A DNA stretch of 64,000 nucleotides from Candidatus Marinacidobacterales bacterium (GTDB taxonomy: Bacteria > Acidobacteriota > Vicinamibacteria > Marinacidobacterales > DATDRI01), in contig OZ245365.1 of assembly GCA_965226495.1 (NCBI GenBank), forward strand, positions 4,832,001 through 4,896,000. The letters run 5' to 3'. The translations under genes and the position numbers were made by a program. Each line of letters starts with the position of its first letter. Positions within the stretch are counted from its first letter, which is position 1. The notes under the pieces were generated by a model. That model saw nothing but the letters and a program-made list of their open reading frames with translations, made no database searches and was not told the DNA's origin. Below, one piece after another: positions 1-8,935 of the stretch.

Positions 1-773
1 AGTGCTTCCAGAAGACCGTAGTTGAGTGTGCTGGAGCTCGTATGGTGGTATCCCTTATTGGTCCAATACTTGTCCAGAAGCTCGGCATCTAGATACCAGC
101 TTCGCACCGCGTGCTTGCGCTTCGCGAGAGACTCCACGGCTCGAGGGCTGAGCGTGACCGGTGCGAGGCCTGGTGGACTGCCAATGCACTTCTGAGAGCA
201 GCTATACGCCGCGTCGACGCCCCAATCGTCGACTTTGACCTCGACGCCTCCGAGCGAGGTCACTGTATCCAGGAGAATCATCGCGCCGTGTGCCTTCGCC
301 AGGCCGGCAATCTCGTCCACCTGCTGCAGCACGCCGGTGGAGGTCTCGGCATGGACAAGAGTGATAACTTTGAAGGAGCCGGACTTCAAAGCACTCTCGA
401 CGCGTTCGGGGTCGGTGGGCCTCCCCCATTCACTCTCGATGAGCGTGATATCTGCGTCTTGCCGTTCTGCCATCTGGCGAATGCGGTCCCCGAAGTAGCC
501 GTGCACGCAAGCGAGCACCCTATCTCCAGGCTCGAGCAGATTAGCGACGCAGAACTCCATCCCCGACGTGCCGGTTCCCGGTGTGGCGTGGGTTAACCGG
601 TTTTCGGTGTTGAAGACCATCTTCAGCTTGTCCCGGATCGCATCGAGAACCTTCATGTAGGCTGGATCCAAATGTCCGATGACGGGCGAGGCCAACGCTC
701 GGTAAACACGGGGGTGAATATCCAGCGGCCCCGGCCCCATAAGAATCCGTAGGGGGGCATCAGGTCGATTCAT
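1..773 (-). CDS. Class V PLP-dependent aminotransferase (alanine-glyoxylate/serine-pyruvate aminotransferase family), runs off the window edge
   Basis: Not in the ORF track. Manual translation from ATG 773: MNRPDAPLRILMGPGPLDIHPRVYRAL...IGHLDP...GTGTSGME...VHAETSTGV...LDTVTSLGG...YSCSQKCIGSPPG (PLP lysine motif). Confidence 0.9.
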   Translation of the reverse strand, partial: MNRPDAPLRILMGPGPLDIHPRVYRALASPVIGHLDPAYMKVLDAIRDKLKMVFNTENRLTHATPGTGTSGMEFCVANLLEPGDRVLACVHGYFGDRIRQMAERQDADITLIESEWGRPTDPERVESALKSGSFKVITLVHAETSTGVLQQVDEIAGLAKAHGAMILLDTVTSLGGVEVKVDDWGVDAAYSCSQKCIGSPPGLAPVTLSPRAVESLAKRKHAVRSWYLDAELLDKYWTNKGYHHTSSSTLNYGLLEA

Positions 774-825
774 GCAGCGCTCCTTTCTGAACAATAGGGC
801 GCCTGCAACCAGTTCCAGGCGCCAA

Positions 826-2013
826 TCACGATAGCAATCCGCGGCGGCGGCCAACCGCGGCAAAGGCATCGATCGCCCGGTCGAGGTGCTCTCGCTCGTG
901 GGCGGCAGAGATCTGTACGCGGATCCGCGCTTTGCCCTTGGGAACGACCGGATAACTGAAGCCGATCACGTAGATCCCGCCTTCCAGAAGCTCACTCGCC
1001 ATGTCTTGGGCAAGCCGGGCGTCGCCTAGCATGATCGGCACGATGGGATGCGTGCCTTCCTTGATTTGGAACCCTTTCGCCGTCATCGCCTCCCGAAAAT
1101 AGCGGGTGTTCCCTTCGAGTTTTTCTCTCAGCTCGGCACTCGAGCTCAAAAGATCGATAGCCCTCAAGCCGGCCGCGACGACTGCGGGCGCGAGCGTGTT
1201 AGAGAAGAGATAGGGTCGGCTCCGTTGCCGCAAGAGCGCGATGATCTCTTTCCGACCGCTAGTGAACCCACCCGACGCACCACCCAGTGCCTTGCCCAAG
1301 GTGGAGGTGATGACGTCGACCCTCTCGGTGACACCGAAGAGCTCCGGTGTTCCTCGACCCGACTTGCCGACGAAGCCTGTCGCATGAGAGTCGTCCACTA
1401 GCACCAACGCGTCGTAGCGGTCGGCGAGCTCACAGATGGCGTCGAGGGGAGCGAAAGTTCCGTCCATGCTGAAGACGCCGTCGGTGGCGATGAGCCGCAT
1501 CCGGGCCGCCTCGGATCTCTTCAACTTGTCCTCGAGATCCCCCATGTCGGCGTTCTTGTACCGAAATCGCTCCGCCTTACAAAGGCGGACGCCGTCGATG
1601 ATGCTCGCATGATTGAGCTCGTCGCTGATCACAGCGTCTTCTTCCGACAGTAGCGTCTCGAAGAGGCCACCGTTGGCATCGTAGCAAGAACTATAGAGCG
1701 AGGTGTCTTCGGTTCCCAAAAAGCAGGCGATCCGTTCCTCTAGCTCCTTGTGCTTGTCTTGAGTTCCGCAGATGAACCGCACCGAAGAAAGGCCGAAACC
1801 TCGTTCCTCCAGCCCGGCCCGGGCAGCGGCGACGATCTCGGGATGGCTCGAGAGCCCCAGGTAGTTGTTGGCGCAGAAATTCAATACTTCGTTTGTGGCG
1901 ACACGAATGGAGGCACCCTGAGGGGAGGTGAGCACCCGCTCCTCTTTGTAAAGGCCGGCCGCTTGGATCTCCGCTAGGACTCCGTTGACGATCTCGCGCG
2001 CGTTTCCATACAT
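826..2013 (-). CDS. kbl: Glycine C-acetyltransferase (2-amino-3-ketobutyrate CoA ligase)
   Basis: [64 protein letters not shown] motifs; AGGAG RBS. Confidence 0.95.
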   Translation of the reverse strand: MYGNAREIVNGVLAEIQAAGLYKEERVLTSPQGASIRVATNEVLNFCANNYLGLSSHPEIVAAARAGLEERGFGLSSVRFICGTQDKHKELEERIACFLGTEDTSLYSSCYDANGGLFETLLSEEDAVISDELNHASIIDGVRLCKAERFRYKNADMGDLEDKLKRSEAARMRLIATDGVFSMDGTFAPLDAICELADRYDALVLVDDSHATGFVGKSGRGTPELFGVTERVDVITSTLGKALGGASGGFTSGRKEIIALLRQRSRPYLFSNTLAPAVVAAGLRAIDLLSSSAELREKLEGNTRYFREAMTAKGFQIKEGTHPIVPIMLGDARLAQDMASELLEGGIYVIGFSYPVVPKGKARIRVQISAAHEREHLDRAIDAFAAVGRRRGLLS

Positions 2014-2152
2014 GCGGTCTCCTTCTTAGCGCCCGGCGCTTGGCCAAGTTCGGTCAAGCAACCCCCTCGTTTGGCGCCCCACGTTATGGCAACACCCCAT
2101 GGCGGCCTGAACGGGGCTCTATTCTATTCGGATGGAGAGGGAGAGGAAACGC

Positions 2153-3277
2153 CTAGAAGGGAGACGGATCCATGGGTGACTGATCCGCCGCTCGTTGGTT
2201 CAAGCTGCTGAATAGGTCTCCCAACAGAAGAAGGAAGGGGTGAACCGGATCTTCCGCCTGGGCTCCTTTTTGGCCTTTCAGCGGTCCGGTAGCCGTGTGG
2301 CGATAAGTCCGTAGGCGTTCAACGAAGCTGCTGAAAAGGATGTGATCGGATTCGCGCATGCCGGCTAAGGCGGGAAACTGCTCCGGGTGGAAGTCTCGGA
2401 GCAAGAACTGGATTCCCTCGAGCTGCTCTGGTCGGCGCTGTTCGTCGTAATCTCGGACTCGAGAAATCAGCTCACCGAACCAGCTCAGGAAGTGATCCAG
2501 GTCGAGATGGTTCTCGAGATCGCGCTTGAAGAGACTTTTCCGCGTCAAGGTTTCGTCGAAAAGGGTCAGTTGCTCGAACATCACGAAAGAAAAACTCTCC
2601 TGCACCTCGTTCAGCCGCAGCGCTAGGTCATCGACTACTGTGGTGATCCGGGCTTCCAACAATTCCCTTCCCTCTTCGCCCTCCGGGAGCTCTCTTTCAA
2701 AAGGTACGAACTTCCGTACCCATCGATCGAGCCCCATACGGAGGAACCTGAGATCGCCGGCGAGATCTCGAACCCGCTGCCCGTAGAGACCGCGGATTTG
2801 CTCCGCGCTTCCAGAAAAGGGGCAACTGGCGAAGAACGCTTCGATCTGCTGTAGCCGTCTCCCGATCGCGAAGAGATATTGCCCCAAGACCTCCACGTGA
2901 GAGTCGTAGACCCGCCGCGCTTCGGAGAGATCTTCACCGGATCGGAACATCAGCGTCTTTAACTCTCTTCGGATGCGCTCGATGCCGATGAAGGCTTCGG
3001 AGGAGAGGAGCGACCCTATCTGCAGCACTCCGTCCAACAAATAGTGGGCGACTTCTTGATCCCGAATCTCACTCAGACAATGATTGATCGTGTCGAAGGA
3101 GGTCTCGCGAAAGAGATATTCGAACGCGGCGTGCTCCCGGCCTTCGCTCAGACGATCGAGCAGAGGTGCACAGATGGGCCCCTTCCCCAAAATGTCTCGC
3201 AGCACCGGGTGGTTGATGCCCGTGCCGTTGCCATTTTGGAGAGAGGGATGTTCTCCCCGCTGCGCCTGAGGTTGCAT
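2153..3277 (-). CDS. Hypothetical soluble, helix-rich protein (374 aa)
   Basis: Long ORF with natural amino-acid composition filling the gap; no recognised motif. Confidence 0.7.
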   Translation of the reverse strand: MQPQAQRGEHPSLQNGNGTGINHPVLRDILGKGPICAPLLDRLSEGREHAAFEYLFRETSFDTINHCLSEIRDQEVAHYLLDGVLQIGSLLSSEAFIGIERIRRELKTLMFRSGEDLSEARRVYDSHVEVLGQYLFAIGRRLQQIEAFFASCPFSGSAEQIRGLYGQRVRDLAGDLRFLRMGLDRWVRKFVPFERELPEGEEGRELLEARITTVVDDLALRLNEVQESFSFVMFEQLTLFDETLTRKSLFKRDLENHLDLDHFLSWFGELISRVRDYDEQRRPEQLEGIQFLLRDFHPEQFPALAGMRESDHILFSSFVERLRTYRHTATGPLKGQKGAQAEDPVHPFLLLLGDLFSSLNQRAADQSPMDPSPF

Positions 3278-3392
3278 GAGCTCGATGATGAATTTGGAGT
3301 TACCAGTGGAACTTAGTCATCCACCGGCATGAAAATCCTGGGGCACAATATAGCAGCGGGCGGGCTCCGTTGTCAACGACGGCCGTCACAGA

Positions 3393-3791
3393 TCAGTACC
3401 GTCTTCCCAGATAATCCGCCAGGATGTCTCCATGGTCGAAGGCAAGCTCGGCGGGAAGGGCGACTCGTGGGAATACCCGCGCCTCCGCGGCGTCGTCGGC
3501 GCCCTTGGGCTCCCCTTCGGCACGGCCAATGAAAACGACCGAAACCGTATGCCCTCGCGGATCCCGGCCCGGATCCGAGTAAACGTGGAATTGGCGAACG
3601 AGCTCCACAGAGAGGCAAGTCTCCTCAAGTACCTCTCGAACCGCAGCTTGCTCCACCGTTTCCCCGGCATCGACGAATCCGCCCGGCAGGGCCCAGCCGG
3701 GCGGAGGACTTTTTCTACGAATCAAAACGAGGTCTTCGCTACCCAGTTCGATGATCACGTCGACTGTAAGGCAAGGCTGGCGATTGGTCAC
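3393..3791 (-). CDS. NUDIX hydrolase (ADP-ribose pyrophosphatase-like)
   Basis: Nudix box [22 protein letters not shown], plus [11 protein letters not shown] and LAFDH. Confidence 0.9.
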   Translation of the reverse strand: MTNRQPCLTVDVIIELGSEDLVLIRRKSPPPGWALPGGFVDAGETVEQAAVREVLEETCLSVELVRQFHVYSDPGRDPRGHTVSVVFIGRAEGEPKGADDAAEARVFPRVALPAELAFDHGDILADYLGRRY

Positions 3792-3918
3792 CCATGGTCT
3801 CCTAAAGCGGTCATCTTGTACCTTTTACAGCAATGTACCAAAAAGTGAACCATGTGGGGGCTAGGAGACGCGACCGCACCGCAATTCCCTCCGCCACTGG
3901 CTGTTTGGGACTCGATTT

Positions 3919-3935
3919 CTGGCACGTGAATTGCT
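3919..3935 (+). promoter_or_regulatory. Sigma54 (-24/-12) promoter
   Basis: CTGGCACGTGAATTGCT matches YTGGCACG-N4-TTGCW with exact GG-N10-GC spacing, 28 bp upstream of ATG 3964. Confidence 0.75.
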
Positions 3936-3963
3936 TTAACAACGGGTTGAGGCGAGGTGGAAC

Positions 3964-4188
3964 ATGTTTCGACAAATCGTCACACGAATCGACGAGCTCA
4001 AGCAGCGGCTATCCTACCTCCGTTGCCAACATAACGATGCCATGACCTTAATCGCCATAGAGGCAGTCGAGCAGGAGCTTGCTCGCACCGCGGCACGATT
4101 GCCTCGAGAATGGGATCTGGTCGCGAACGAGTCGCAAGACGCCGACGTCAACGAAGATGCCCAAGGCGGCTCACGATGGTGGCTTTGA
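3964..4188 (+). CDS. Small hypothetical protein (74 aa)
   Basis: GAGGTGG RBS just before the ATG, sigma54 promoter upstream, amphipathic helical N-terminal half. Confidence 0.6.
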   Translation: MFRQIVTRIDELKQRLSYLRCQHNDAMTLIAIEAVEQELARTAARLPREWDLVANESQDADVNEDAQGGSRWWL

Positions 4189-4393
4189 GTCGCCGAAAGT
4201 CTTGAAGATCTCCGCGCCCCAGCGCGGATAAACTCTCATCGAGCTTGCCCACGAGCTCGGCCAACTCCCTTTGCTCCAACTCCTTACGGGTCTCGAGAAG
4301 CCGGGCCCGAATCTTGCCGACGTCCCCGAGCTCAATGGTATTGAGTGTCGCGATCAAAGAATCCAAGCTCTGCAAACAAGACTCCCCTTTCAT
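4148..4393 (-). CDS. Small hypothetical helical protein (81 aa)
   Basis: Leu/Glu/Arg-rich amphipathic ORF divergent from queG; 41-nt convergent overlap with 3964..4188. Confidence 0.55.
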   Translation of the reverse strand: MKGESCLQSLDSLIATLNTIELGDVGKIRARLLETRKELEQRELAELVGKLDESLSALGRGDLQDFRRLKATIVSRLGHLR

Positions 4394-4480
4394 GGTCTCG
4401 ATGCGCTTGCAACCGATCCTTGCGTCAAGCGAGCGAATCTCGCTATTCTACCTTTGCCGTGCCCTAAACAAGCCCTGGTC

Positions 4481-5659
4481 ATGACCACAACACCTTTGGC
4501 TCATCCGTTGTCGGAAGCCGACAGCCTGGAATTGAGAGAATCCATTCGTGCCAAGGGTCGAGGCATAGGATTCGACAAGGTCGGATTCGCTCCTGCCAAA
4601 CTACCAGAGCAAGAACCGCGGCTCGCGGAATGGCTCGAGCGCGGCTACCACGGTGAGATGCGCTGGATGATGCGCGACCCGGCTCGACGCACTGACGCCA
4701 GCCGAAGTCTCCCGGGAGCGGCGACTCTGGTTTGCTGTGCCCTGAATTACTACCAAGGAGAGCGCCCGCCTACGTCTTCGTTAGAAGGCGTCATCTCGAG
4801 CTATGCGCACGGAGAAGACTACCACCGTGTGCTCGAGGCGAAGCTTCGGACTTTGGCCGATTTCATTTTCGAGAAGTTCGATTTACCGAGCAAAACCTAC
4901 GTCGATACCGGTCCCTTATTGGAAAAAAGCTATGCGGTAGCGGCCGGGCTGGGATGGCTGGGTAAGCACTCCAACTTGATCTCACGCCAGGGCAGCTCTT
5001 GGTTCTTCCTGGGCGAGATACTCCTTCCTATTGCATTGCCAAGCGACCTTTCGGAAAGAGATCATTGTGGCACCTGCAGTCAGTGCATCTCCGCTTGTCC
5101 CACCGGAGCGATCGTCGAGCCCTATGTTGTGGACAGCGAACTCTGCATCTCTTACTTGACGATCGAGCTTCGCGGATTCGTTCCTCGCGAGCTTCGACCT
5201 CTCGTCGGCAACCGCATTTACGGTTGCGACGACTGCCAGGATGTTTGCCCTTGGAATCGCTTCGCCGTTAAAAGTGACGAAGCCGCTTTCTTCCCGAGGG
5301 AACCTCTCGCCTCTATGGATCTCATCGCCATGTTGCGGATGACCCACGAACAGTATCTGGCTGCCACCAAGGGCAGTGCCATACGCCGCGCCCGCTACCC
5401 GGGTCTTCTCCGCAACGTGGCGATCGCTCTCGGCAACTCCGGGGATCCTCGGGCGGTACCCGCCCTAGTGGAAGCGCTCGAACACACCGAAGCGCTGGTG
5501 CGTGGTCATGCCGCGTGGGCGTTAGGAGAACTCGAGCGACCCGAAGCGCTGACGCCGCTTCGCCGCCGTTTGGAACGAGAGGAAGAAAAACAAGTGTGGG
5601 AAGAGATCCGCTGGGCGATTTCCGAGCTGGAAGAATCTAGCGGGGCCGCGCCTCGATGA
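4481..5659 (+). CDS. queG: tRNA epoxyqueuosine(34) reductase with C-terminal HEAT-like repeats
   Basis: YAHGEDYH, YVDTGPLLEK, AGLGWLGKHS, CGTCSQCISACPT, CISYLTIE, YGCDDCQDVCPWN. Start moved to ATG 4481. Confidence 0.95.
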   Translation: MTTTPLAHPLSEADSLELRESIRAKGRGIGFDKVGFAPAKLPEQEPRLAEWLERGYHGEMRWMMRDPARRTDASRSLPGAATLVCCALNYYQGERPPTSSLEGVISSYAHGEDYHRVLEAKLRTLADFIFEKFDLPSKTYVDTGPLLEKSYAVAAGLGWLGKHSNLISRQGSSWFFLGEILLPIALPSDLSERDHCGTCSQCISACPTGAIVEPYVVDSELCISYLTIELRGFVPRELRPLVGNRIYGCDDCQDVCPWNRFAVKSDEAAFFPREPLASMDLIAMLRMTHEQYLAATKGSAIRRARYPGLLRNVAIALGNSGDPRAVPALVEALEHTEALVRGHAAWALGELERPEALTPLRRRLEREEEKQVWEEIRWAISELEESSGAAPR

Positions 5660-7154
5660 CGATCGGATGATAGGGACTTCCTATTTCCCCCCCTTTACCA
5701 CCGTTACTCCTGTTGCTACCGTTCTCCCCCCACCCACCTGTCTCCGCGAAGACGCGATTATCGTAGGTGCGAATCGCCAAGGGCTCGGGGCGGGCGTCGC
5801 GAGAGCCGTATGTTATAGGGGTGATCTCCATGCGGTCGCCCTCGACGCGGACGAGTAGGAAGTGAAGCTTATCCTCGGCATTGGTCGCCTCTATTTTCTC
5901 GCGGCGAAGTAATTGCAGCGAGCCTCTCTTGCGTCCCCCCTCACTCTTTCCACCCGCGCCGGTCACGACGTAGCGAGTCGTCCTCAAGTAGCCTTCGGAC
6001 TCTTGCCGCGTCAGTTGGAAGTTGTGCACGTGTCCGCTGAAGGCGACTCGCACCTCTCCAGATGCGAGCAGGGGCACAAGCTCTCGCTCGAGCTCCATCA
6101 AGTTACGGTCCTTCACCCGAGGGCCGTAGTGGCCCGGCCCGGCGTTGAAGGGAGGGTGATGGAAGTAGGCGATCTTCCAAAGGGTGTCTTTCGCCCGTGC
6201 CAGCTCCGACTCGAGCCAAAGGCGCTGCTCGGAGACCCCTTCCCCACCGTATAGGGGCTGCCACGTAAGGTCGGCTCGGGTCTCTCGGTTTCTCGTCGTA
6301 TCTAGGCTCAGCAACTCGACATCTTTGCCAAAGCGCACGGCATAGAAACGGTCCGCGAAACGCGACGGTGTGCCGTCTGGAAGGATCGCCTCCGGAAGAA
6401 AAAAGTTGTCCCGATAGTGAAAAAGATCTTGCGTCGATTCGCTCTCACTGCCGTCGTGATTCCCTGGGGAGGGGAAGAAAGGAATCCGGCTCACCAGGGA
6501 TTGGTAGGGAACGAAGAATTTTTTGTAGAACTGCTCGTCGTCACTACCGGTAGAAACGAACAAGAAGAAATCGTAAAAGTTGTCACCCGTCGTCAGCACG
6601 AAGCGGACGGGGCTCCCGGCACGCTCACGTTCGTCTACCACCCGGCGCATGGTCTCCGCCAACCGAAACTGCTTCTTGCTCCCGGTACCGAAATCCCCGA
6701 GAACCAGAAACGAAAGAGCCCCCGAGTCCATGTCTGGCCCAGGGAAGCTTCGGAAACGGAGAAGCCCCTCTCGGCGGTAGACGGCATCCCCCCACGGCCT
6801 CCCGTTAACCCTCAGCTCATATCGGTAGTCCGTCGAGGGCTCGGGCAGCGGCACTTCGATCCAATTCCGTTCGCTAGCCGCAAAAGGGGAGCCAAGGATC
6901 GGCTCGCCGCTCTGACGATAGAAAACGTCGAGCTCCGCTGGCCCCAAAGGAAGCGACGACTGGCCGATCGTATTGCTTACGCCGCTGCGGGGACTCCCCC
7001 AAGCAACCACGACGCTTTGGTGGGTCAACCTCTGGAGGTAGATGAACTCGCGGGCGTTTTCCTCACGCGACGCGGTGCCTAAGGACACGACCACAATCGA
7101 CGCGATCGATAAGAACGGGGCGAGCCGGAAGGGATTCTTCACCAAGGCCAGCAC
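5637..7154 (-). CDS. Exported metallophosphoesterase (purple acid phosphatase-like)
   Basis: Signal peptide; GDFG, TGDNFY, PGNHD, FHHP, SGHVH metal-binding motifs. Confidence 0.85.
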   Translation of the reverse strand: MLALVKNPFRLAPFLSIASIVVVSLGTASREENAREFIYLQRLTHQSVVVAWGSPRSGVSNTIGQSSLPLGPAELDVFYRQSGEPILGSPFAASERNWIEVPLPEPSTDYRYELRVNGRPWGDAVYRREGLLRFRSFPGPDMDSGALSFLVLGDFGTGSKKQFRLAETMRRVVDERERAGSPVRFVLTTGDNFYDFFLFVSTGSDDEQFYKKFFVPYQSLVSRIPFFPSPGNHDGSESESTQDLFHYRDNFFLPEAILPDGTPSRFADRFYAVRFGKDVELLSLDTTRNRETRADLTWQPLYGGEGVSEQRLWLESELARAKDTLWKIAYFHHPPFNAGPGHYGPRVKDRNLMELERELVPLLASGEVRVAFSGHVHNFQLTRQESEGYLRTTRYVVTGAGGKSEGGRKRGSLQLLRREKIEATNAEDKLHFLLVRVEGDRMEITPITYGSRDARPEPLAIRTYDNRVFAETGGWGENGSNRSNGGKGGEIGSPYHPIVIEARPR

Positions 7155-7184
7155 GCCAGACCCAAAGAACTGCTACTTGGGGAG

Positions 7185-7610
7185 TTATTCGTTGAGAGGT
7201 TGCACCCCGACCTCGCCGAGCCAATCTAGAATCCTGCGCTCGACGACCTGCTCTTTAAATAGGGACCACTTCTCACGTGTTTCCGGCAGGTTGTCCAGGG
7301 TGTCGTTGAAGCGGGCTCGAGCCTCCTGCTCTTGGAGCGACGTACTGAGGAGCTTCCGGTCCCGACCTTCCAAAGTACCAACAAACTGATGGATTTCGCG
7401 AAACGGTACGAGCCGACGGGATAGAGGGATGGTTACGTACCGTTCCTCGGCAGTGAGCCTTTGCTCGTCTTCTTCCTCTTCCTCGTTCTCGAGATAGGTA
7501 GAGAAGAAGTGGACCTCTCCCGTATCTCGATCGAGATAGTAGCGGTGCTCCCGGGAATCATCCTCGAAAGCGTCCGCCAACTCCGACCAGTCCACTCTCA
7601 GTTGCTTCAT
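7185..7610 (-). CDS. UPF0158-family protein
   Basis: VDWSELADAFED...YYLDRDTGEV...W..F......ILDWL pattern. Confidence 0.75.
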   Translation of the reverse strand: MKQLRVDWSELADAFEDDSREHRYYLDRDTGEVHFFSTYLENEEEEEDEQRLTAEERYVTIPLSRRLVPFREIHQFVGTLEGRDRKLLSTSLQEQEARARFNDTLDNLPETREKWSLFKEQVVERRILDWLGEVGVQPLNE

Positions 7611-7694
7611 ATTTCGACTCTCCCCCGATTTTCGCCCAAAGTGCGCCTTCGATCAAGACCGGCTTCTCGAAATGACGAGAAACAAAGGGCAGTC

Positions 7695-8792
7695 TCACTG
7701 CAGGTAGTCCATCGTACTGATATCCCAGTAGTTACGGAACGCCCCCGAATCGTATAGAGATAGAAACCTAGGGATGCGCTGCAAAACCATCGTGCTTCGG
7801 TGACCGGGCATGGCGGCGGGGTGGTTCAAACCGTAATCGAAGTAGGCTCGAATGAACAAACTGTTTTCGGTCAGCGGAAGAGAGCGCACGTTTTCGACGT
7901 ATTGTCGGAACCCTCCTTCACGAAGGATGTAAAACTCGACGTTCGAGACGTAGAACGCGGAAACTGTCTCTCCTCGTTGCCTCAGAAAGTCTCCGACCGC
8001 GCGGAGAGCGTGACCTCCCGCGAAGTCACCGACCACCGGAACCAGGCGCCCGTCCACAGCCAGCTCCCTCACATAACGGTAGTCTTCGAGCGATCCCAGA
8101 AAACCGCCTTGCAGCCCGGTCGGACCTTCCGCCATCAGCAAGGCTCGGTAGTCGGGATGGTAGGGCATCGGCGGGCGCCCGAAGCTACGGAACCGGATAC
8201 CGAGTTGGTCATCGAAAAACGACCGGTAGACGAAGCGAATGTGTTCTCGATCTTTCTTGGAGAGCGGAACGTTGAGTCGCCCGATATGATCGAAGATGTT
8301 CAGCAAGTTTTCTTCGAATAGCTCCGCGCTGGGTTGGCTCGACTCGAACGCGGCGACGACGTGCTCGAGCCTGGCCGTCGGGGCGGGCTCGTTTTCGCCC
8401 GCCACGGGACGACGCGAAAATAGCCAACACAAGTATTGGTAGGGGGTTTCTGCCCGTGACAGGACCGCGTTCAACAAAAGATGCTGGAGCATATTCTGCC
8501 TCCGAACATCCACGATGAAGGCCCACCGCGGGCGGACGCGCCCGATATAGGTGAAGTTCTGTTCCGGTCCCACACCAACGTAGCCCCCCCCAACCGGCCG
8601 CAGCTGCTCCACCACCTGCATGTAAGACGTCTCGTTGGAGATGATGTTATCGGTATCGAAGAACCCGCCCGGCTCGGACAGCGCTTGGATCAGCGTTGAA
8701 AGTTCGGGAACAGGTTCCTTTTCGGCCGGTCGGCTGCACGCCGTGACCAGTGTTAGAAGAAGAGCAAGGAGTTTCGGGGACAGGTGGTTCAT
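7695..8792 (-). CDS. Conserved hypothetical lipoprotein (LIC_10091-like)
   Basis: Lipobox LVTAC; LSEPGGFFDTDNIISNE, YVGVGPEQNFTY, AFYVSNVEFY motifs. Start moved to ATG 8792. Confidence 0.75.
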   Translation of the reverse strand: MNHLSPKLLALLLTLVTACSRPAEKEPVPELSTLIQALSEPGGFFDTDNIISNETSYMQVVEQLRPVGGGYVGVGPEQNFTYIGRVRPRWAFIVDVRRQNMLQHLLLNAVLSRAETPYQYLCWLFSRRPVAGENEPAPTARLEHVVAAFESSQPSAELFEENLLNIFDHIGRLNVPLSKKDREHIRFVYRSFFDDQLGIRFRSFGRPPMPYHPDYRALLMAEGPTGLQGGFLGSLEDYRYVRELAVDGRLVPVVGDFAGGHALRAVGDFLRQRGETVSAFYVSNVEFYILREGGFRQYVENVRSLPLTENSLFIRAYFDYGLNHPAAMPGHRSTMVLQRIPRFLSLYDSGAFRNYWDISTMDYLQ

Positions 8793-8935
8793 CTTTCCAG
8801 ATCTTGACACAACTGGGCGGGTAAATCGGGAACTGGTGTCCTTTTTCCGCTTAGGTAAATGGCCTGCGTCAGGCGGCTTCCAGTTCATGCTGGCCGTCAA
8901 ACGGTCGAGTTGCTGCTATCAACGAAGCCAGGCGG

